A stretch of DNA of 62,683 nt, the filler included. It is 13 parts of 13 records of this genome, joined end to end, with 100 filler letters (N's around TTAATTAATTAA, not from the genome) between each part and the next. Parts side by side here need not be neighbours in the genome. Positions count along the whole stretch, not along the records: positions 1 to 5,282 come from SRR15195285_4230; positions 5,383 to 9,397 come from SRR15195285_4233; 11 more parts are not named here. One strand, 5' to 3'. Numbering within the stretch: position 1 is the stretch's first letter; each line of letters starts with the position of its first letter. A program made the position numbers and the translations under genes. Shown in pieces: positions 1 to 9,497 of this stretch. The notes under the pieces are model-generated. The model had not been told where the DNA came from, ran no database searches, and was given only the letters and a program-made list of their open reading frames with translations.

Positions 1-931
1 CAATGAATCCAGCCGTATTTTGTAGTCAGTCAGACTGTCAAGTGTCATTCTGTGTTTGTTTTTTCAATGAACCCAGCGGTATTTTGTAGTACAGTACCAG
101 TACATTAACATGTGTGTTGTGTCGGATGCAGTATACAATAATGAATAGTACTACTACAGTAGTATAGCACAGCTGCTGTACATACTATTCGAAAATTAGT
201 ATGGTAGTACGCTGCGCGGTGTGCAGCTGTACTATTATGGTACTACACGGTTGGTTAGCAATGGTACTGGTACGTGTACAATTCATGGATGGCTATGATA
301 GTACTGTACATCCTCTTAGAGAGTATCCAATTGTCACTACAGATACTGGCTAGGGTACTATCTAGGGTACCGTGTACTGCTACTACGAGGGACTATGGTA
401 TATACTACAGAGTACTAGTACGTGTGCACGTACAGGTATTCGTACTAGTAGTACCGGTACCTAGAGGTACCATTCGAATACTGTAGCACGACTGAACTCT
501 ATACTATCATAGTAGTAGCTGGAGAGTATACTAGTAGGAATTCCTAGTAGTAGTATGGTACAGTGTAATGCAGTTCTATCAACAGTCTGGCAGCGCACTC
601 GGCGTATGTACTAGTACTATACAATGTAATAGTAGCTAGCTAGGATCCGAAGTACGCTCTCGAGAACGTACCATTACTACTACTGTACTAGTACTAGTAC
701 CGTTCATACGTAGTACAAAGGTTGGTGACTTGGTGTTCAGTGACACATGAGCAACAAAATTTTGGCACGATCTACTGTGCAGTCGTGGCAGGCACGCTGC
801 CCAATTTCAGCGGCTGTCAGTGTCCGTGTCTGTGTCAACACGAGAGCGTTGTGGGGCCTTGGCTACGGGCCGCGGATTGAGCCGGCTGCAAAACCTGGTC
901 ACCGGGGGAGTTGGCTACAGGACTAGCTCCG

Positions 932-3555
932 ATGAGCGACGATAACAATGATGAGGTGGTCGTGGAGGAGTCGGATTCGTTCGGGACTCTGCTGAGGGAG
1001 TTCCTGGCCAGTAAGACCTGGACCACCGTGGTGATGACGGCGACGTTCTTCGCACTGTTCCAGGTGGACATCTGCAACATGTACTTCAGCAAACAGGCTG
1101 ATGTGCCGTTCGCTTACCTGACGCTAGGGTGGTTCGTGGTGTTTCTCTTTGAGATGACCATGAACTTTGTCATGGGCATCGACTACGGCGCCAACCCAGG
1201 GGTTGGCAAATTCACCTTCTACTTCTTTCTTGATCTTGTGGGTACCCTGTCTCTGATTCCGGACTTCGTCGTCATTTTCGGCATCACATTTCCGTCGTCG
1301 GGCAGCGCCATGCTTGCTCGTGTCGCACGTACTGCCCGTGTTGGTGAGCTCCCTGGCCTGACAGCCTCGTCAGATTGAGCTGCTGCCGTCCGGCCAGCGT
1401 TAGGCAGGCTGCTCAATGTGCGCTAGGCCGCTGACACGCTGAGCTCGCTGCTAGGTGCCCGTCTGACCCGTTTGATGAAGGTCTTCCGCTCATCCGGCGG
1501 CGATTCTGCCTACAGCCAGATGTTCATGAATGAAGACGACGAAGCCCCAGAGCCCGATTCGGCTGCGAGTAAATTCGGTGAGGAGGTGTCTGACAGCATT
1601 TCCAAGAAGGTGGTGTTCCTCACGCTGGTGCTATTGGGAGTCGTTCCACTCTTCATGCCGCTGGATATCCTCGGCAAGGCCGACGGCATCAAAATCATCG
1701 AGGTGTGCAGCCCATCCCTACCGTTTGCGCCTCGGCGAAAGCCTACAACGTTGATGGCTGTGTGTAACCCATGCCGCCCACCTGCTGCCTCTGCGTGCTG
1801 CAGAGTATGAACAACATGAACCTGGTTCAAACCTTTGCAAACAACAAAGGCCCTATCACCTTTTTCCAGAACTTCGAGGACGCACAGCTTGTGTACCTGG
1901 ACCTCGGCGATGATCCTGCCTTCGTGACACCGGCCGATGCCACTTACGACGACCCATTGCTAACCCCACGGGACCCAAAGCCTTGCGCGTATTACAAAGC
2001 TGAGAACACATGTGGTGGAGGCAGCATCACTTCTCGCATTACTGGAACTGACCGCTGCATTGCGGATGCCACACAAACCGTAGTAACGAATTACAACCAA
2101 TTCTGCACCAGCGACGACGCCTCGTGGCGCTGCCTAAAGTCGTGTGGGACCGTCACTGAACCGCTGGTTGACTGGATGGACTACTCTTCGATGCGCGAGT
2201 CGGAGCTGCTCCGGTTTGCCCCCGACTTTGCAGCCCTGACGGACGGGCTATATGAGCTTCCAACCGCAGACCCGGACGTGACATACATGATCACAACTGA
2301 CAGCGGCGAGACCTCGTCCGGGGACACGCAGCTGCCGACTCGTGTAACAGCGATCTTTTACTACCGCAATCTGCGTGTTGAGGAAGCATGGGTCACCGTC
2401 ACGTACATGCTCTTCAACATGGTCGTCTTCGGCGTGTCAACCGGCGCGTTCCTGAACGAGATTCTTGATTTGGTCGTATCGCCAATGGAACGCATCTGCG
2501 GCGCGCTTACCACGCTGTCTAAGTCGATGAAGTCGCTTCAAGCAAATGTGGGAGAAGATGCTGATGAGTTCGATCAACTCGGTGCATCGATGCTCAAGCT
2601 CACTGACCTGCTGAAGACCTCACTCGGTGAGGCCGGATCTGCAATCATTAAGAATAATCTTGACGACGACTCTGAAGGCATCAATGCCATGGTTCCCGGA
2701 ACGAAGATGAACGGGTACTTCGCTTTCTGCGACTGCCGTAAGTTCGATGAGGTGCTGGTGGCTCTTGAGGAAGACGTCATGATCTTCACCAATACCATCT
2801 CTGAGATCATCCACAAGGCAGTAAGCCGGCACATGGGCCAACCGAACAAGAACATTGGCGACTCGTGGCTCAGTGTTTGGAGCGACAGAGAAGAGGCGAC
2901 CTTCGTCTCTGACGATGGCATCACGTTCGCCGACCACGCGCTGCTGGCCTTCGTGGAATCATTCGATGAGATAGCGGCGAATGCTACCCTCCAGACGCTG
3001 GGTCAACGTCCCGCTTTCGCCAAGAAATACCCAGGCGGATACACCCCGGACATGGGTGCTGGTTTGCACCGTGGCTGGGCTATCGAGGGTGCTGTCGGCT
3101 CAGAAGCCAAGGTGGATGCAACTTACTTGTCCCCGCACGTCAACATGTCGGCTCGTCTCGAGGCTGCTACGAAGCAATTTGACTGCAAAATTCTTGTATC
3201 CGAGGATTTCTACAACCGCATGTCGTCAACCCACCAGCGGAATATGCGCAAGGTGGATCGTGTCAAGGTCGTTGGCGCCTCGTGGCCCATGATCCTGTAC
3301 GCGTATGATGAGGGAGAGGACGAGGGCAATGCTGTGTTGGACAAAAAGAACCGCTTCAGTACTGAGTTTGACCAGGCTGTCGATAAGTACATTTCCGGTG
3401 AGTGGAAAGAGGCTAAGAAGCTGCTCTTCTCCTGCCTTGGGGCTCGCAAGAACGACGTTGCTGCGAAAAACATGATGGAGTTTATGGATAGTGCAGGACG
3501 CGGCGATAATCCTCCGGACGATTGGGAAGGATTCCGCCAGCTCACTTCCAAGTGA
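932..3555 (+). CDS. Transmembrane adenylyl cyclase with N-terminal voltage-sensor-like (S1-S4) domain; exons 932-1343, 1455-1702, 1804-3555
   Basis: Spliced product has four TM helices with S4-like LARVARTARVGARLTRLMK, then two further TMs flanking a Cys-rich loop. Class III cyclase core has FCDCRKF, NKNIGD (K indicates adenine specificity) and KVDATYLSPHVNMSARLE. GT-AG introns 1344-1454 and 1703-1803 restore the frame. Confidence 0.92.
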
Positions 3556-3655
3556 GCGTAGCAGATTCATGGACTCGCACTGCAATCTGGTCTGCCGCGC
3601 GCACGTGCGCATGTATCGTATATAAAACTACATGTTTTAGTGATATGCCACAACA

Positions 3656-4822
3656 TTACAGATCGTCTGCCTCCATTGCATCCACCTCGTCTGCACCAGC
3701 CGAATGGACCGGGGCTGCCGCTGCACCGGCAGCCGGTGGAAGTGACTCCAACTCATCCAGTGCAGCCAGCACCTGCCCGCGAAGCTGCCCAGATGTGTCT
3801 GCGTCATCCCCATGCCTGTCAAGCAAAGCAAGCGCCTGCTGCAGGCAGTCGCGTGCCGCTGCTGCATCGCCACCTAGGCCTTGACTCAGTGCCAGCATAT
3901 ACCAAAGCTCCACATCTTCATTTTCCTCTCGCATCAGCGCCTCGAAGGCTGCCACTGCATCCGCCCATCGACCCAACTCCAGCAGAAGCTTCGCGTTGCC
4001 CATGCGGAAACCGAACGAAGGCCGGCGAACAGGATCTTCTGCGGTCGCGTCGGTCAGTCTCACTGACTGCTCCAGCGCAGCAAGAGAGGCCTCGGCCTCT
4101 CCGCGCCCTAAATGTAGATTTGCTAGTCCCTGGTGTGGCTCCGGACTGGTCTCGTCCCATCGTTGAGCCGCTGTAAGTGCGCCGCGGCAACGTTCGTGGA
4201 TCTGTTCGCTGTCTGCGGCATCGAGCAGTAGGACCTCAGCAACAGAGCAGTAAGCTGAACACAATCCGCTCCGTTGCTGCGCGAGCTCTTCTCCCACATC
4301 AGCACCTGCGACAGTTGCCGCTGCTGTTGCCGCAGCTCTGCCGCCTCCAGCGGCACCGCCTGTACTGCCGGCGAGCAGTGCGTGGTACTCTCTCTCCATG
4401 ATTCCGATGCCGCGTTCGAACAGTTCCACTGCTTCCTGGCCTTCGGAAATCTGGCCCAGATACATGTACTTGCCTGGGTTAGCCTCCGGTGAGAGCTGGA
4501 TGCTGCGCTTGAACAGCTGAGACGCGTTGTCCACGTCGCCAACCTCCAGCAGCAACTCCCCGAGAGCATCAATGACCGCAACGTCGTTCGGAGTCTGTTC
4601 GATGACTGCTTTGTACAACGCAATCGCTTCGAGAAAGTTCATCATCTCGTGCTGATTTGCTGCGGCGGCGAGAAGCTCCTCGCGGCTGGGCTGCGATGCT
4701 CCTCCTGCTCCACTCGCCGCCGCCGCTGCCGCCGCTGCCGCCGCCGCCGACGACGACGACGGCATCGCCTTACCAGCAGCACCTCCGCCAGCCGCTCGCT
4801 TTTTGGCACTCGTCTTGCCCAT
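3656..4822 (-). CDS. ACL4: TPR protein, probable assembly chaperone of Rpl4
   Basis: 388-aa single-exon ORF of TPR helices. LGELLLEVGD...FKRSIQLSPEANPGKYMYLGQISEGQEAVELFERGI and CSAYCSVAE match the Acl4 family pattern. Confidence 0.8.
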   Translation of the reverse strand: MGKTSAKKRAAGGGAAGKAMPSSSSAAAAAAAAAAASGAGGASQPSREELLAAAANQHEMMNFLEAIALYKAVIEQTPNDVAVIDALGELLLEVGDVDNASQLFKRSIQLSPEANPGKYMYLGQISEGQEAVELFERGIGIMEREYHALLAGSTGGAAGGGRAAATAAATVAGADVGEELAQQRSGLCSAYCSVAEVLLLDAADSEQIHERCRGALTAAQRWDETSPEPHQGLANLHLGRGEAEASLAALEQSVRLTDATAEDPVRRPSFGFRMGNAKLLLELGRWADAVAAFEALMREENEDVELWYMLALSQGLGGDAAAARDCLQQALALLDRHGDDADTSGQLRGQVLAALDELESLPPAAGAAAAPVHSAGADEVDAMEADDL

Positions 4823-5282
4823 GGTGACCGTGAGAACAGGTACCAGCCTGCTGCCTAAACTCCTGCGCTGGGCCGGCCGCCGGCGTGTTCGCCGCGTCGA
4901 TCACGCAGCGAATCCTGATCTCCCTCCTCTAGAGTGCCTCTGCTGTTCCCGCCCGGAAGCGCCACCCGACAGCACCGCGTGTACACTGCACTGTACTATA
5001 CGCGTCGCGTGCACGTAATCCGTAACCCAGCGCGGTGCTGTCGTGGGACCGTCCTGTCCGAAGGTCCGCTCGACGCCAACCGCGAACCGGCGGGGTCGGG
5101 CGGCGAACGGAACGATTGATCAATTCGTCTCGATCAGGAAATGCATTATGTATCGAATGTACATTGCAGAATGCCTTTTTTATGGATTATCTGTATTCCG
5201 GTAGCATCGGCACTTCGACAGTTCCTTCATAAGTCACACTGTGGCTGTTGGGTCAGAATTCAACACTGCGCGGAGTGAAAAC

Positions 5283-5382
5283 NNNNNNNNNNNNNNNNNN
5301 NNNNNNNNNNNNNNNNNNNNNNNNNNTTAATTAATTAANNNNNNNNNNNNNNNNNNNNNNNNNNNNNNNNNNNNNNNNNNNN
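5283..5382. other. Artificial contig spacer (N-run, TTAATTAATTAA, N-run). Others at about 9398, 14208, 17531, 24692, 29772, 33320, 40266, 43873, 47491, 53235 and 56954.
   Basis: Identical ~100-nt cassette with stops in all six frames, repeated 12 times. Several genes are truncated at it. Confidence 0.98.
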
Positions 5383-5718
5383 CTTCGAACGCAGTGATGC
5401 TCTCAGGTATAGAGAAGGTGAAAGCAGCGGTGGTGCCAGTGATGGAGCAGCTGACGATCTGTCACCGATATCGCAGCTGTTGACTGAGGCTGAAACGCAC
5501 CGGCGGGTGTCATATGGCGGCGGTGATGTTCGACCCGGGTCTGGGCGTTTTCAAGTCTAACATTTGCTGAGCTCTCAACAGCTCAGAATGATGGTCACAC
5601 ACATTCGTACGGTATTTTATCTGATCGTGGGTTGATCGCAGTTTAATGCGTCCATCAGACGTCTCAGCCAGCTGTGTCAGTCAAGGATACCCTTTCTGTT
5701 CTGGAGCGCGCGCTTTCT

Positions 5719-7126
5719 TCACCTTGTTTGCGTTGGAGCCACAACATCGATCCCAAGGCGTTGCATATAGAGGCAGGCTCCCTTAGCGTTACTGCCTCGC
5801 ACATCTTCTTCTTCTGCAAGATCACCACTTCCCACAGGAGGGAGCGGTGGTAGGAGGCACAGCGGAATTCCTGCATGGTGCCAAGCCATCGTTCTCATCA
5901 GCTCAGATGAACCAACAGCAAAGCAGCAGCAGCAGTATGAGCGATCTTTGGGAGCCACACCAATCACGTAGGGTTCTACTTCTTCAAGGGTAAGGACGTG
6001 GCATGGAATTGTTCGCGCGCCGGCCGCTAGCAGTCTGTGTATTCGGTGTTTTCCATCGATGCAGCGGTAGCGGCACTGCAGCGGATTGTCGACCGTCTCA
6101 ATGACAAAGCACGGGTAGCTGGTGTTGACATCAGGCTGCCACAATGAGACCAATGTCAGTATGGCATTGCTAAAAAAGTTGCGCTCAACCGCTGGCCCCA
6201 AACCGGCAACAATTGCTGCATGTAGGAAATCAGTCGCACGACTTACAAGTAAAGGGGCTGTTTTGATAAAGGGCTTGAAACAAACATCCTCCACCTGCGC
6301 ATCCACACTTAGGTGCTGGGCATGCCTACAAGCTCATTGCGACCAGCGAGATTTGAAAAACACCAGACGATCGACTAACGAACGCTGCGCACAGAGATTT
6401 GAACCGACTTTCGGTGCGACGAATTTTCTTGCAACGGGTAGATCGCAATGCCCCTGGATCAAAACAATTTGCCACACCATGCAGCTGCAAGTGACCCTGG
6501 AAGCAAACGGCAGTGCTAGCAGACGTGGTGTGGCGGGACCGCGGCGCGCACCAGCAGTAACCCTCCGGGGCAGCACCCCAGCGCTTCATTTCCCACGAGC
6601 CAGGCATGGTGTGGAAGTGAAGCTTCGAACGATTGTTGCCAGTCGGCGCCAACCTTGGCTCCGGTTCTGGCTCCAGTCTCGGGTTTTCGTTAGAGCCCGT
6701 GCCCTTCTCGTGTCTTATCCGACTTGGTGCTGGTGTATCAGGTACATATTCATTACTGTTGGCAACGAGGTGAGCTGATGCCCGAGGCACCCGCGGTAAC
6801 CAGCGTGGCCGTTCAAGCGACGGCAATTCCCGCTGCACCGACGCGACGAAGCTCTCTGCACGCCCCCATAATCCTGCGTTGCAAACAGTGCAACGGCCAT
6901 CAGAGAGCTGCTCGGACGGGACCACCACGACACCATCACCAGCACTGAATCTAGAAGACCACGCACGCTCTTCCGCACTGCCAGATTTGGTGTCACCTCG
7001 TTGCAGCGCCTCGATCTCGCGCTGGGTCTCCTGTAGCTGGCGCAAGGCTTGCCATGGGATGAGAGGTGGGCGCAGCCACGCCTCCAGGGCACGGACTGCC
7101 CTGGGTTCTGCTCCCACCCCATCCAT
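5719..7126 (-). CDS. Multi-exon hypothetical protein with ParB/sulfiredoxin-like domain; 3' end uncertain
   Basis: ORFs 6326-7126 and 5719-6306 are linked by GT-AG introns. Motif TSYPCFVIETVDNPLQCRYRCIDGKHRIHRL resembles the ParB/Srx IDGxHR signature. Confidence 0.55.
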
Positions 7127-7456
7127 CGATGCCGCACACCGACCTCACTCACCGCTCTCAGCGCACGAGGCCTCGTGCTGGCTCGCGCTCCGTCCCACTG
7201 TTGGCCGGCGCGGCGGTCGGTCGCCAGCAGCGCTGCCAGCGCTAGATCTAGTACTGATGGCGGGGCCAGCGCTCGATCAAGCGCGAGCACCGAGCAATCC
7301 GGTTTGCGTGCAAGGGCAAGATTCGAAAGAGGGGCACGCGCGACCATTCGGACCGCCATGCATCGAATCATGCGTACGGTACTATATTGTGTATGGATAG
7401 TATGCATGCATGCCGGCACGGTCGCACGCGCTGCCTCCACGGCTGCGCTCGCCAGG

Positions 7457-8766
7457 ATGGCCGTGACGTACAAAACGGCTGAAGAGGCGTACGCCACACG
7501 GCAGCGGCTGTGGGAGTCGAGGCAGCAGGAGGTCGACCGGGTTGATGTCGTCTCCGATTTGGAGCGGTTCATGTTTGGTATGCTCTTCCCCACCACACCG
7601 CTCACCGCACCCTTCAGGAAGCTCCAGTCCTACTCCTATCCAGCTCCCAACCGCTCCGTCCCTTCCGTAGTCTCTGCAGAGGGCGTCAAACCACAGTAGA
7701 TGAGACGCATACCCGATAGATAGAACCTCTGTAGCGGCTGTTGCTGGCTGCGGTGCCACCTGCCTGCCGCCGTCAGTGTAGGTGGGTTCCTGACTGCTGC
7801 GATGTCGAGCAGATTTGAACGGCTTCTTAGTCATCAAGGGGGCGGTCAGCCCAGCTGAAATCGAGGAGCTGAATGCCCAAGTCGACAGGCTGAACCCCGC
7901 CACGGGCAAAGCGATGGGGCTCACTGCCGCGGAGGCGCAGGAGATGATGCGCGACCCACATGCCCCCGCAGGAAAAGACGCACAGCAGGGGTTCGGCACG
8001 GCTGCAGGTGGCGCGGGGCTTGGTTCCCACCCTTGTTTCGACGCTCTGATCGACCACCCTGGCTATATAGAGCACATCAAGGACTTCACGGACGGGGACG
8101 GCACTCGGCTGAAGTCCCGCTTTGGGGTGATGGAGCGCTGGCCAGGCCAGGCATCCGGCATCCACGGTGGGCGAATGGCACGGGAGGAACCGGCCACGAC
8201 GTTTGCGTGGCAGGACGCAGAGAAGCAGTTCCATTGCCAGCAGGTCTCAGTGCTTCTGGCTCTCAACGATTGCCCGCTGAATGGAGGGAACACCAGTGTG
8301 GTGGTAAGTGCGTTTTCGTGGCGCTCGACGGCACTGGGGCAAAAGGTGACTCTGCCTCGCTAACATCTTCACGCGCCGATGTCCGCTGCAGCCCGGGAGT
8401 CACAAGAGCAACCTGCGGCACCCGTTTCAAACGAACGAGAACGGACACCCACAGGTCCTTTGGCGCAGCGAGCAGCCGCAGCCCCGTCGCCACGGCAAGG
8501 AAGTCAAGGAAGGCGGATATATGGATGCGGTGCCGGGGGCCATCGAGCTCACGACTCAGGCGGGCGACGCAGTTCTCCTGGTTGAGAGCTGCATGCACGG
8601 CTCGACCATTCGTCAACTGCCTGGGTGCCGGCGCTACATCGTAATCCGGTACGGTCCTGCATCAGGCGCGACGTTCGCGGCGCCGCCAGCGCTGTTCGAG
8701 CGACTCGGGCCGCGCGCGCGGTCATTGATTGCGCCAGAGCCCGCAGCGCCGGAGGCGAAACTGTGA
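7457..8766 (+). CDS. Phytanoyl-CoA dioxygenase (PhyH) family Fe/2OG oxygenase; exons 7457-7577, 7813-8303, 8392-8766 (alternative in-frame ATG at 7406)
   Basis: Spliced product contains ERFMFDLNGFLVIKGAVS, FDALIDHP, IHGG, LALND...GGNTSVVPGSHKSN, AGDAVLLVESCMHG and RRYIVIRY. Confidence 0.88.
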
Positions 8767-8902
8767 CGCGCCGTGCCTGTGTGCCCAGCACCCTGGTTGG
8801 AAAAGTTGGCTGTGCACGTGCAGTAGTCACTCTGCGACCGCAGGACCACGGTAAAATGAAAGGGCCCCAGGTAATATGAGCTTTTATCTCTCAGTGCCGT
8901 GA

Positions 8903-9265
8903 TTAGTTGATCTTCAGCAGCTCGACTTCAAAGATGAGCGTGGCGTTCGGCGGGATGACACCGCCCGCGCCCCTCGCACCGTAACCGAAGTCGGGGCTGA
9001 TGGTGAGCTTGGCCTTCTCGCCGAGCGACATTTTAATCACGCCCTCGTCCCAGCCCTTGATCACCTGAGGGCGGAGACACGGCGTGAGAGGCATCCAGCT
9101 TCCTGATCCACAGGGAGCTGTGTTCAAAAACGGAGTGCAGCCGCTCTCGTCGGGCACTGCCGCGGCAACTGACCTGTCCGACGCCGATCTGGAACTGGAA
9201 CGGGGTGCCGCGGTCGACCGAGGAGTCAAACTTGGTGCCGTCCGTCAGCGTTCCAGTGTAGTGCA
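8903..9265 (-). CDS. FKBP12: FKBP-type peptidyl-prolyl isomerase (FKBP12), 5' partial; exons 9174-9265 and 8903-9064
   Basis: [63 protein letters not shown]...[17 protein letters not shown]; intron 9065-9173. Confidence 0.97.
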
Positions 9266-9497
9266 CTGCCGACGGGGACACACACAGCGCCATCGTGACT
9301 CTCGCCAGCAACAACCAGCAAGAAAAGACGCAGCGAGCGGCACAGCGCACCGCACCGCACCGCGCAGAGCACAGCAGCAGCAGCAGCAGCAGCAGCANNN
9401 NNNNNNNNNNNNNNNNNNNNNNNNNNNNNNNNNNNNNNNNNTTAATTAATTAANNNNNNNNNNNNNNNNNNNNNNNNNNNNNNNNNNNNNNNNNNNN

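Noticed and set aside
274-486. 70-aa ORF in the low-complexity leader
   Set aside because: Non-ATG start within a TAC/TAG-biased tract; not protein-like.
5130-5282. Possible U5-like snRNA (GCCTTTT loop)
   Set aside because: It lacks the invariant GCCUUUUAC loop in a stem and a convincing Sm site.
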